DNA from: Dimorphilus gyrociliatus
Lineage: Eukaryota > Animalia > Annelida
Assembly (NCBI GenBank): GCA_904063045.1
Contig: CAJFCJ010000017.1
Span: 930,001 to 994,000, forward strand
Direction: 5' to 3'
DNA: 64,000 nucleotides
Position 1 is the stretch's first letter. Each line of letters starts with the position of its first letter. The translations under genes were made by a program, and so were the position numbers. The notes under the pieces were generated by a model that saw only the letters and a program-made list of their open reading frames with translations, made no database searches and was not told the origin of the DNA. Positions 37,303 to 49,578 of this stretch are shown one piece after another.

Positions 37303-38127
37303 ATGGCTTTGCAGAAGTTGGCAAACAATCGTTTGCAGAATGCTGTGACAAATGAGGTAAGCTTTTATAATATATTGAGTTTTCGTCTTGGGTCTTTTTT
37401 AAAGAAGAGGTTCACTTATTAGGTCGTCGAAATGCAATCGCTTTGGACAAATAGAAATGTCATCATTTACTTTATGAGAAGGTTTGGATGACCTTTGTGC
37501 AGGCTCTATCTGCGGCAGGTTAGCATTATCTGTTTTTAGAGTTAACTCTAGGATGGATATGATACTTTACAGATCAATTTATTTAGCTTTCAGAAGCCAC
37601 AGATCTTCTACGGCAGCATAATACAGCAATTGCTGTTATCAGCGTTCTTGATAATGAAACCAGCTATAAAACCTTTATGGATGAGGAAGATAATTCCAAT
37701 AAAGGTGATCAAGTTAATTTTTGTTTTAAAATACAAAAAATGAACTTTTCTTTAATTGCTTACAGAGATTTATATTGCTGATGAAAAGTTATATAAAGAT
37801 ATTGGCTTCACTTCTCTAACTAAATGCCAGTATTGCTGTAACGCTTGTACATGCTGTTGCAGAGGAATAATATGCAATCAAGTTTGTAAAACCTTTTCTG
37901 CCGGAGTTGGAGGTGATTTGAGAGGTAACATACTCAGAAATGGGGGTATGCTGGTAATCAAAGACGGAGAAATTGTTTTAAGCCTCATACAATTAGGACC
38001 CGAAGATCATCCTGAAGTTTCAGAAGTTTTAAAATCTTTAGGAATTGAAGAAAAGATATCTCCAAAAATCGTTTCGAAGCAACCTAAATTGGTTTGCAAT
38101 GATGAATTTTGTCAGATACGAAAGTAA
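37303..38127 (+). CDS. SELENOU: Peroxiredoxin-like PRXL2/SelU-family selenoprotein (U41-x-x-C44), 209 aa with TGA recoded
   Basis: Exons 37303-37356, 37423-37518, 37587-37704, 37766-38127. In-frame TGA 37489-37491 lies in YFMRRFG-U-PLCR; family motifs continue after it (GDLRGNILRNGGMLVI, DHPEVSEVLKSLG); SECIS in the 3'UTR. Confidence 0.9.
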
Positions 38128-38187
38128 TCTTCAAAAGTCACAAAACAATTTCAATTAAAATAAAATAGCTTGTTTGAAAACACCAGT

Positions 38188-38232
38188 ATGACGCAAAGTA
38201 GAAAAACCTTAAACGGATCTACTTTTGCTGAC
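38188..38232 (+). promoter_or_regulatory. Eukaryotic SECIS element (type II core)
   Basis: ATGAC-GCAAAGTAGA-AAAA-CC-TTAAAC-GG-A-TCTACTTTTGC-TGAC: UGAN/NGAN quartet, 10-bp helix II with one bulge, unpaired AA 11 nt after ATGA, apical mini-helix. Helix I is less clear. Confidence 0.88.
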
Positions 38233-38624
38233 GATAATATTACATTAAGGTTGTTTGTCAACAAGTTATTTCATTATTAATTGAAATTGTATCTAATGCG
38301 TTGTAATGTTTATCTGTTGCATGTATCTTTAATTAGTCTATTTGCAAAAATTAAATACGAAAGTAAGGTAAAAAAGGAGTTGAAAGGCTTTATGTAAAAT
38401 AGAATAAAAGAGAAATTACGACTTAATATAATTTACTTCCTTGCATATATTTCTATGCAATAAATATTTCTAACGAATAAATTAATGAAACATAAAACAG
38501 CATGTATTAGATATTTTATTATTAATACTCAGGGACACATTAACAAACATAAGCATTTACTTTAATCTGATTATGCAAGTTAATTATTGTTATCCTATAT
38601 TAAGAGCCAAAATATTTTCTGCAA

Positions 38625-39851
38625 TTAGAATTTATTGAGTGCCTGAATTTCATCGTCTTGAATCATAAACAATGTACTTTCTGAGCCCCAATAGACAAAA
38701 GGTCTATCCCATTCACTACTACCTTCTTTATTGAACAGAAAATTGCCTGTGTTAACATCCCAAACTTTTATCGAACCGTCTACACCCGAACTGGCTAAAA
38801 ATCTATCGTTAAAAGCCATATTGACAACTCTGGATTTGTTAAATGAGGATCCATAAGTAAGAAGAGGTTTTTTCAAATTCCTCAAATCAGTTCTGAAAAT
38901 ATTGCCCATATAATCGGCTGACAGAAGCATGTTGTTTTGGCAATATAAGTTTGTTATGACACTAGCATGTCCACCGTGTTTAATAAGACCAGTAAATTTT
39001 ATTCCAGAATTTCTTATATCGTGCATATAAATTTTACCCGGCCTGGACCCATTAAAAATTAAATTGCTGCTATCTCCCTGACCAAAGCAACAAGATAAAA
39101 CGTCAGAATAGTCCGTTTGAAGGAACCACGATTTTCTATTCAATGGGTCTAATATTTCAGCCTTTCCCTGCATACCATAACATGTTTTCTTCAAAATAGA
39201 ACTCCATGCCACACACCAAACATTTTTGCAAGAGAGTAGGTATACCTGTTTTTGTCCTTCAGCAGTTACGTATACCAATCTGTATTTTCTCCCTGAATTG
39301 TACAGCTCAAAAGGGCTTTGAATTATTATAAAGTCAGTATTATGTGCTAAACAGAAACAATGGGTTCTAAAATCTGAGAAAGATTCCCGAAGGTTTAAAT
39401 CCAAGTAATCGTTTCTTTTGGCAGAATAAATATTACTTATTCCGCATGGCGTTACCGCTTCTATTAAGATGTTCTCGTCAGACCAGTCTAATCTTTCTAC
39501 AGTGTGACTCTCTGGAAATGGTCTCAATTCCGTAGTTACCCTGGAGTTTTTCACTAAATTCGTTATTAATCTGCCTGTAAAGTTTAACTGCTTTGAGAAC
39601 TGCCTTTGTTGGAGAATTTGAACTATATTAGAATTCGTTGAATGTAGTTTTTCTGAAATTTTCCTTGAGTTTTCACTAGCTCGAATTGAATCCTTGGTCA
39701 AAGAACTCCCTGGATTGTCATGAGATGAGAGGATTTTAAAGTAACGCTTCTTTACTTTATCATAGAAAAAACCAGGCAAATCAGATTCTTCCTCTGCTGA
39801 TTTCGCTGGTTTCTTTGGTGATTTTTTACGATTACGTCGATATCGTGGCAT
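38625..39851 (-). CDS. DCAF4: DCAF4/WDR21-like WD40 CRL4 substrate receptor, intronless
   Basis: DLPGFFYDKVKKRYFKI N-terminal signature; WD40 repeats with IYMHDIRN, FRTDLRN and IKVWDV. Confidence 0.85.
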   Translation of the reverse strand: MPRYRRNRKKSPKKPAKSAEEESDLPGFFYDKVKKRYFKILSSHDNPGSSLTKDSIRASENSRKISEKLHSTNSNIVQILQQRQFSKQLNFTGRLITNLVKNSRVTTELRPFPESHTVERLDWSDENILIEAVTPCGISNIYSAKRNDYLDLNLRESFSDFRTHCFCLAHNTDFIIIQSPFELYNSGRKYRLVYVTAEGQKQVYLLSCKNVWCVAWSSILKKTCYGMQGKAEILDPLNRKSWFLQTDYSDVLSCCFGQGDSSNLIFNGSRPGKIYMHDIRNSGIKFTGLIKHGGHASVITNLYCQNNMLLSADYMGNIFRTDLRNLKKPLLTYGSSFNKSRVVNMAFNDRFLASSGVDGSIKVWDVNTGNFLFNKEGSSEWDRPFVYWGSESTLFMIQDDEIQALNKF

Positions 39852-40646
39852 TTGACTTGCTAACTTCTGATTCCTTTGGTATTCTTTAACATAATTTGAT
39901 GAAAATATTGGACTAACTAAGTAATTTTTACTAAACTATTATCGTATAGAACCGATTACAAAAATGGACACTGCAAAATGAAAAAGTAGACTGGTATTCG
40001 ATATTTCTCGACCAATCACCGTTGCTCTGAAACTATTTTTGTTTGGGTTAACCTAAAGATAATCTACTAATTATTACTAGATCTCTATGGTTTTAGATAA
40101 CATCTTAATTATTCTTATAATTAAAAAGTATATTACTTAATTTATTGTAAGCACTTTTAAATTTTAAATAATTTAATCTTATTTGTTACTTTAATCTGAC
40201 AAAAAACTTATTGCTTGGAATCCAATTTCGAATATTTTTAAATAAATTATTCTGAAATGCAATACTTTTCGTATTAGAATTGTTTCGATTAACTTTTGGA
40301 GAGGTAAGTCTGTTTTTAAAGTTCGTTCCGTTATTTCTCTTTTATGGTATTTAGCATAGCCTTTCCAATTGAGGAATATATCTACTTTTTAATATTTTCA
40401 ATTTCATCTTAAAATAGGCTAAAAAATGTATACAAAAAATAAATTAAAAAGCCGCTATATATTTATGACTCTATATTTTGTTAGAACCGTTGCAAAATCT
40501 TATTTTGATCTTATAATAGAGATCAAATTGAGGGGAGAGACTTTGGGGTAGAAAAATATAAGCTATCGCTTTACCAGTTTTCGTAGCCAATATTTTCCTT
40601 CAACGTGAATTAAAAAGTTATTACACTGGTAATCTTTCCGATTTAA

Positions 40647-41777
40647 ATGGCTACAGAAAGGAGCTTACTTCATGTAATAAAATCAGTTGTTTATTTCTTG
40701 ACTTTATAATATAATAAAATAATTGACACCAGTTTTCAATTTGTATATCGTTCTAAATATTAATATATATGCTTTTCATTCAATTATCGCACCATTCGAT
40801 ATTAATAAACGTTGTGTTTTTTTTAATTTCAGATCCTCTGTATTCATGGATATAGGTTACCTTCAATATATAGTTTTAAGATCAACAGTAAAAGTAATTG
40901 ATTACTATTGATAACAGACAAAATGGACAAACATTTAGGGAAAGAACAGGAGCTTTTAGAAAACTTGTTAAGTCGCATGCAAAATTTGGTAATTTACTTT
41001 TTTCCAATAAATTGGTTTTATATATGATTTGAATTGTTTTTAGTTTTCATAACCGCTCCCAACGTTGTTCCTCCTTTACCTTCCGATACCAAAAATGATC
41101 AAGATCAAAGGGGATGGTGGTTTTCTCGTCAAGATGACTATTTTAACGCACAGGATGATTCGCACTGCGATAAAGGCTATGAAAACTCTTTGCAAATAAT
41201 TAAGGAGACTTGTAAAACAGAGGTAATGATACTTTACCATATCGAAAATGGCAGACTATTTCGAAATAAAAATATTCGTTTAATAAATTTAGGGGCCTTT
41301 CGATGGTATACTTGGATTTAGTCAAGGAGCGTCTATGGTTTCTTTGATTTTGTCTTTACAAACTCTACAAAAAGGTTGTTGTAAAAAAGAAAAATAATCA
41401 CTTAACCGATATTCTTTTTAACGTAAATACCAGAACCGTCCTTTCAATTTAAATTTGCCATCTTGGTCGCTGGCTTTAAAAGCAAATCCGTTCAACATGC
41501 ATCTCTTTACGAAACGAAAATAGATATTCCTACTTTACATGTTTTTGGTGAAAATGATAAAGTAATTGAGAGTGGTAAATAAAAATATTTTAAATTTGAA
41601 TATAGTTATTCTAATTATTATAACTCTTACGTTTATTATTCAGCCATGAGTGAAGAATTATTAAAGGATTATTCAAATGCAAAAACTTTGAAACACAGCG
41701 GCGGCCATTACATACCAGCCACTACAGATCAGAAAAGCGTCTACTTGGAATTTTTGCAATCTCGAATAGTAGCTTAA
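40647..41777 (+). CDS. OVCA2: OVCA2/FSH1 serine hydrolase
   Basis: MATERSLLH|ILCIHGYR|QNGQTFRERTGAFRK; GFSQGAS nucleophile, GENDKVI and GGHYIP triad motifs. Confidence 0.93.
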
Positions 41778-42316
41778 ATAGTAGGTTAAAGTATTCAAAT
41801 ATACTATATGTAATAAAATGAAAGACAAAAATTGTAAATTCGTTAAATTTCAAAATCGATAGATATCGATTTTTTTTATTTAAAATCCTCAAAACGCTTA
41901 ACATATATAAAATAGTATTTTCGCATATTATCGTTAGATAATATACATATTATTAAGCATACATCAAAAAAAATAATTTATCCACCAGCACCGCGTGCAG
42001 CTTATATAAAAAACTTTTATCAAAGACTCAAGCACCAAAAAATTGTCTAAATAAAGTAGATAGATAGATAATCCAAAAGCTGTCAAAGTTAAATATTGTC
42101 GATATCTTAATCGACCCTTAAAATGGTCAAAACAGCTTAACATGAATATATATGCATATATAAAAAAATAGTTTATGATTTTTTTTTGCAAAGTTTGTAG
42201 AAATACAAAGTTTTGCTTGCATAATAAAGTTAGCAGCATTGCATGCAGATATTTAAAAACAGTTCATCATAAACTAACTCAAAGAACACTAAACCATGAT
42301 TTTTAACATTAATATC

Positions 42317-45300
42317 TTAATAATTAGAAAACTTCGCCACTAACCTTGAACTTGGACTTGTATAAAGTTGGTACTGTTCCGAAAAGGAACTTTCAAATCC
42401 ACTTTCTTCAGAATCTTTTATCTCGGATTCAGGTGATGTACTTTCAGATGTCAAATTATCTATATCAGGCAAATAAGATGCTGCCATATCTAAGCTGGTT
42501 GGTTTCTTTTTAGTTGCCTTCTCAAAAGTTTTCTCTTCGTAGTTCTCTCTTCTGCAGAATGCTTGTGTCAGCGATATCGTTCTCTTCTGTCCCCTTCCTC
42601 GAACATGTACAACAACAACATGAGGTACGGCGTCCAGCAATGCCAACAAGTTCGATCTACCATATGTTGCGGGAACAAGTACAACACCAAAGTGACTGGA
42701 ATAAGCTTCCTCTAAATTAGCAGCCGACATTCTACCGCCGGCTTGTAAAAGTAAAGTTCGGACATCTCTGGCAAACAATTGTAAAGGTTGTAGTCTAACT
42801 ATATTATCAGTTATAGTTACTTTATCTTCTAAATGTCGTCTAATTTCTACTTCAGATATTGAATCCGGTTTATAGATTTTATGGTAAAGGTTAATTAGCG
42901 TGTTGATTTCCATACAACCATCAAAAGTTGTATCCATTAATAATAAAAGTAATCTGTTAACTAGTCTGGCAACGTCGGCAGCATCAACGGCCACAATCGT
43001 TTTTTGATCATTTTTTGTTACGACTCTTGCAATTCCCGGTATAAGGGAAATCAATTGTTCAGTATCTCTTACCCCATAATCTTCTAACCTTATGGAATGC
43101 CCATGCTGTCTGAGGAAAGCATTGGGCAATTGCTGCAGTGCTAATGTTGGGGTAGCCCTTAAAACAACGGCCAATTGTTCTTCAAGTACTTTTATCATTT
43201 GTTCCTTGGCAAGAACAACCGTTTTATCACCATGTTCATCGTCCGACACGTGAGCAACGTGGCTCACTGCCTCTAAAAGTTCAATAAGTTTCGTAAATCC
43301 ATAATCTGAGACCCTACATTGCCTTCCAAAGTGATGATGATAAGCTGGAATAAATTTTGAGAATGGTAAACGACCTCTTGGACTATGACGAAGGAGTTCG
43401 ATCACTTCTTTTGTAAAATGTCGAGTTCGCTCCATTTCTGCTGGAGTTTGCTGACGTCTGGGAAGTGAAAAAATTGTTCCTGTTTCATCTCGCATTATCA
43501 GTATAGCTTGATCCGGTACATCTGCCATGATATCTTCTAGAACACAAACACCATAGTCGCAAGGCTCCAAAGGTTTACCCATAACTTTCACAAAAGTATC
43601 CTGAAGCTCGCACATTCTTGCTTGTTTGCCAGGGAGACTCTTAAGAACTTTGGTAACATCCCCCGTGAATCTCTTTACATGAGCTCTATGAGTGAGAGTT
43701 ACTACTCTTCTGGATCCAGCTCCTAAAACTTGTACAACATGACCAACTGCATCTAATAACTCTATTAATTTTGTATAACCATAATCAGCAACTCTACACT
43801 GCCGTCCAAAATGATGATGATAGGCAGGAATAAACTTCGAAAACGGAAGAGAACACTTTGGGGAGTGCTTCAAAAGATCTGCAACTTCTCTCGCAAACTG
43901 ACCTAGTTGTTGAGTCATGAGGGGACTAGAAGATCCTCTTGGAACGTCTTCTCCTTGCCATTCCACTTTCTTAACACCAGATGGTGATGATATAACTATT
44001 CTTACGCCAGATACGCAGGTTATGAGGTGCTCCAGGGGAACACCCCCGTTTTCAACAGCTTCTAACGGTTCAAAAGTCGCTGCATAGCAGGTTGCCAGAG
44101 AAAGCATGGGCAAAGAACCACCATGTTCTGCGACCAGAGTATGAATTCTTGGTGCGAGTATTCTTAACGACATGAGAACGTTAGGGAGAGAGCATGAATC
44201 TAGAGCTGTTGCGTAGTCTGACGAATTTTCTGGACAATGCTTAGCGCATACTAAATCATCTATTTGAGATATATCAGTTGAAGTACTTTGGTTCATCTGG
44301 ACTGTTTGAGAAATAGAAATCATCCTTCCACCACTATTTTCCCATACTTCTACAGTATCTCTAAGTTTGTACAATTCAGCAACGGATACAGATCTATGAT
44401 GTCTTTGCTCGAACAATTCAATAAACTTGAACAGTGGTAAGGTATTACCGGCAACATCCTTCAATAAGCGGATTATATCACTTTTAAGTGTATCGGTCAT
44501 CGTGTTGAGGTTTTCATTTTGGACTAATTGAACGTGAACCCTCTTGTAGCCGATTTTTCTCCTATGCAATTGTGAAATTGCATACCTAGCATTTTCTTCC
44601 GTAGGTACTCTTACAATTCCAATATTAGTATTGTCGGGTTGAGTAGCAATTTCTACGCTCAGTACTGTGACGTGTTGCTGAAATTCGGCGCAAAGTATTT
44701 TTCTCCACTCTCTCGCCGATATATTATAGTCTAAATTCGTCACATGTAATTCAAAGGATGGCTGCTGAGACGAAGATTGTTGAGATAGCGACAACGACGA
44801 CTGCGACTGCGGTGTCGATTGCTGCTGCGGTTGTAGCTGCTGAGGTGGCGTATGTTGTTGTGGTGTAGATTGATGTTGAGGGTGACAGTGACCAATACCA
44901 GAAACTGTTGAATATTTTCCGAAATATATATATATATATATATGTATTCGTAGTTGGTAATAATTTCATCCATAAACATTCAGTTGAAGAGACGTAAACC
45001 AATTAAATTTAAGTCATATAAATTTAATAAAATTGCTTAGCCTATCATTTTTTCAAAGTGAAATAATTGACTTTCATTATAGAATAAAAACACTTAACCT
45101 TTTAAATATAAATTTAAATATAATTTATCCATATAACTTTTCATGTTTTAAATATTTCTATATAATCGTTTTTGATATAAAATACGAGAAAGTATTTGTC
45201 TTCTGATTAAACACGCCGTTTTGGTTGAGGACTATTAAAAATAGACGGGGCGAAAGGAGAGAAGTTTCGGTGGGTGGTTGGAAAAAAAAAAACCACTTTC

Positions 45301-45993
45301 TTCAAAATTCATTGAATTATTGAAAGATTTTTTAAAGAGGTTAATATAAAATTATATAATATTTAATAAAAATATTACATAATATATTCAAATTAATATG
45401 GATATTTAATAATTTTTTGTTATAAAATTTTAAGTCAATTTACCAAATAAAAACTTGTACATTTTCGTTTCTCTTGACCTAAATTGAATATTTAGTACTC
45501 ATCCACACGCGTACTTGAACGCAAATAATCAGTCAAAAAACTGAGCCATTTCTATTTCTATTGGGGGGAAAAGTGATTTTGTCGGAGAGTATTTTTTATG
45601 ACTACCCCTCCGCCCCGCCTACCACTCTATTACCCAGTTAGGGTTTATACCATCTTCTTTCCTAACTATTCAAATATATTGAATATTATTTAATACATTA
45701 CCATTTGACGCTAAATCAGCAACTGACAGCAATGAGCTACCCGAACCCTCGATGTTCTTACATACTGGAAATTCAAAAACAGTGTTTCCGGACGGAGGAG
45801 TGCTAGAAAGGACTCTAGTCGGAGGCCGACAAGCTCCCGGTGTTCTGCGAAAATGCTGCCTCGGCGAGTAAATTCGAGATCTTTGCGGAGTTGTCTTCCA
45901 GTCTCGTCCCGGAGAAGTGAAGTTTTCCCGCTCGAAACTGTCGGGAGAGTCGTAAATTCTCCCCGGCAAACTTAATGTAATTTGTGGTTCCAT
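42317..45993 (-). CDS. MARF1: MARF1/Limkain-b1: low-complexity N-terminus, one RRM, eight LOTUS domains (about 959 aa, two coding exons)
   Basis: Exons 45993-45702 and 44904-42317 join in phase 1. RRM LHVTNL..LHRRKIGYKR; repeated [30 protein letters not shown] LOTUS units. Confidence 0.9.
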
Positions 45994-46088
45994 ATCCGAG
46001 ACTAGAGACGGAGATAGAGAGAGAGATAGAGAGAGATTGAGAGAAGAGTAGATAAAGAAAACAAACGCACACACATATATTTATATAT

Positions 46089-46096
<8 letters not shown>

Positions 46097-46130
<34 letters not shown>
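46097..46130. repeat. (AT)17 microsatellite in the putative MARF1 5'UTR intron
   Basis: Direct reading; adjacent to AG-rich simple repeats at about 46003-46050. Confidence 0.95.
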
Positions 46131-46133
<3 letters not shown>

Positions 46134-46340
46134 TATATTATATATCGAGAACGGCGAGAGGAAGAGAAAGAAAGGTAGGTAGAGAAAGGCAGGTAGAGAA
46201 ACAGTAATAGATAGATATAGAGGTAAGGAAGGAGGCGATAGGAAGAGAAATATGAAAAAAAAAAAAAAACAAAACAAAATTAGCTATATATAGAATGGCA
46301 TAAAATTTAATTAGGCATTAATAGAAAAAACTAAGATGTA

Positions 46341-46368
46341 TAGATAGATAGATAGATAGATAGATAGA
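46341..46368. repeat. (TAGA)7 microsatellite
   Basis: Direct reading. Confidence 0.95.
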
Positions 46369-47135
46369 AAGAGGATATTTAATTGAAAAAATACCATTTT
46401 ACCAATCCGTTTTGTAATTTTTAAGAAAATTAAGAAACAGTAATAGAAATATAATCTTTTAAAAAGGCTTACTAGGAATTCACTTTTTACACTGTTCCCA
46501 TCGGCGGATCATGCGGGTTTGACTAAGTCTTTTTCAATTTATCTGCTGAATAGAAACTCATTTTGAGTAAAATTAACAATGTAAACAGCTCAATATGATT
46601 TTGAGGACAGAAATCGAAATTTTTTGCCTAATTGGCTTAAAAGTTAGCTTTTGAAACAAATAAGATATTTGGTTGATAAAAACATATATAAATTTATATA
46701 TATATAAAAGAAGAACTAGTACATGTGGAATAAATCGAAAAACAGCGTATACTATATACACCCTCACCTACAGATATATATATATACATATATACGGTAT
46801 ATATACCATACACATAAACTACATATTTTGGTCAATTTTAAGTTTGTTGATCGAAAATATTAATAAATTCTTTTAATCATAAAGCATCAAATTTGATATC
46901 TTTAATTCTTTAATATAATTGAAAAAGTTAAAAAAAAAATGTATTTTTAGATAAAAATTTTTCAGTACTGGAAAATTTTGCACACAAAATTAGATAAAAT
47001 ATTTATTTTAGGTCTATTTATTGTGATTTATGTGAATTTGCAGCTGTTAAAAGACTTAGTCATTTTTTTTGCCTTTATAAAGAGCGTTATATTTATGAAT
47101 TTAATAAGTTTACTAAGAGAACTAAAAGAAAGCAA

Positions 47136-48265
47136 ATGTCTAAAGTCAAGTATATTTTTGTATTAATTTCTTGCATTTTTGCAACAGTTCAAGGTAAAAG
47201 ACTTTCCTTTATATGTTTTTTAATTATGTTTTATTAATATTATTTAATGTTCCTTTCATTTCTTCTCTCATAGCCCAAAACTGCTCAGAAGGTTTTGATC
47301 GATTTGAAGACTCTTGCTATTACTTTGTACGTTCGCAATTGGGATGGTATGATGCTGATCAATACTGTACTTCTCTTCGACCAAAAACCTACACTGTTCA
47401 TCTAGCTTCGATTGAAAGTCAAAATGAACAGAATTGGATTGCCGACAAGATTAGGGCAGACAGTAATCTTAGAGATAGAAGTGTATGGATTGGTTTGAAC
47501 AATGCCGATAAAAAGGAAGGTTGGCTCTGGACTAGGACTTACCAAACTCCAGACTATAAAAATTGGGGTTCAGGACAACCAGTATCTAGCGGAAGATGCT
47601 CGAGAATGCATTACCAACATAGTTATAGATGGCATAATACAGCTTGTTCTGGAAGATATTCTTCAGTATGTGAATATAGTTTAACAGCACCATGTCCCAA
47701 AGGCTTTGATAGATACCAAAACTCGTGTTATAAAGTCATCCCAACCACCCTTGATTGGTTTGAAGCTGAGCAATTCTGTACTTACGCTGTTCCCGACAAA
47801 TATAATGTACACTTAGCTAGTATTGAATCTTCAGGAGAACAACAATTTATAGTTGAAAGAATTAGAGCAGATTCCGGTAAATACTCTGTAAAATATTATT
47901 GTGTCAACATATAAAATTCATCTTTTTCCTATAGCTAATAGAAATAGAGATTTTTGGGTAGGTGGTAACAGAATCGATTCTAAGAAAAACTGGGCTTGGG
48001 TAGCAAATAATAAGAGATTCTCGTACACAAATTGGAATTCCGGAGAACCATCCGGATCCGGCCAATGCATGTGGTTAGACACTGATTACAGTTACAGGTG
48101 AACCACTAATCTTGTTTCAAAATTAACTACTTTTTTACCAAAAAGTATTTGCAATTAATATTGTCTAATACTTTATTTCTTTATCTTTTTAGATGGAATG
48201 ATAAAGACTGTAACAGCAACGGCAGTGGTTTCGTTTGTGAAGTTGAATTAGCAGATCTTAATTAA
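47136..48265 (+). CDS. Secreted lectin with two tandem C-type lectin domains
   Basis: Signal-peptide exon MSKVKYIFVLISCIFATVQA; two CTLDs (HLASIES, WIGL/WVGG, CxxM, WxxxxC); QPV/WHN in domain 1 and EPS/WND in domain 2. Confidence 0.9.
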
Positions 48266-49578
48266 TAAATAAACGTTTTAAAAGTAATGGTTATACATTA
48301 AAAAGCTAAAAATATAAATCGATATTTGTATTGTTTAAAAACAAAAAAAAAGTGTCTACAATAGGTTTCAAAGAGCTGATTCAAAATAAGAAATAAATTT
48401 GTCTCAATATAGGAAAGAATCGGAATTTATATGACAAATAGATATGACAATTTTTTGCTTATCATACAATTTACATTATCAGACATATACATTGATTAAC
48501 ATATGTCTATTTTTAAGGTTAATTCTTGCCAACAAAGCATATTTTTTTCAAATTTTTTAAATAATAATTGTCCTTTTTAAATATTTTTAGAATATCATTT
48601 ATTATAGAGCCTAGTTGTTATTTTAGAACGATCTATTTACATTCGGTTCATTCATTAATGCAGATCCACTTGCACAGTAATTTAAGATGGAATGAAAGCA
48701 AAAATTCTTAGCTAAAGTATAATCTTGCCTATATTTCGTGAGTTTCATGTCAATATCTTGAAGGAGTATAACTTGTTTTAGCAACAAGCGCCCATACGGT
48801 ATGGAGATATTATCGTAAGCATTCCCTTCGCAAAAAAAACGAAGGCTGACTTAACATTTGATAAACTGATGTGTATATACATTTTGGATAAAAACTATAT
48901 ACAACCCTGAACCAGATTATTTTATCTGTTTGGAAAACTAAGGGAGATAATTCGGTTAACCCATTTCAAAGTTAAAAACGAATTGCAGAGGACAGTTGAG
49001 CCATTTTTTAGGGCAAACTCAATAGTTTTTTCTGATAAAATAGGCCTACTGTCACCTAAGTGGCCCACTTGTATAGACAATCATGGAGCTTATGAAGTCA
49101 GGTCGCTCTTTCTTAGAAATTTGATATTATTACCAACAAATTTAATATTATTATCAACATACAATAACTGTATAGTTATTGTCCAGGTGATATTAGTTAG
49201 TGGATCGCAAATAAATAATAACCTTGATAGCCGGTAATTATTAAGAAAGGTTTATTAAAACGTGTCATTCTTTCGAATGCATCAGAATCCATTCGTAGCG
49301 AATCTGAATTTATTTCTTGATGGACAAAAGTAGTCTTGCACTATAATTGTTTCAATTGATTTATCAATATTTGGATAAAGAATCCACAGCGATGTTTTTA
49401 TATCAGTCTTGATGGGTAAAGAAAGCAGTGAAGTTTACAATATGAAAATAGAAAGAGTATAAAACGATGATGTATAATCTATTAGCATAGAAAGCATTGT
49501 ATTTGTAATGTATATATCCAAATACGTATTTTTATTCACGTTGACTAAAATATTATAGCAATAAATTCCCTAAAAAGT

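Noticed and set aside
48660-49500. Coding-like stretch between the lectin and PIKfyve (ORF 48983-49237 and a stop-poor minus frame)
   Set aside because: No recognisable domain, several stops and no consistent exon chain; may be UTR or decayed sequence. A translated homology search would be needed.
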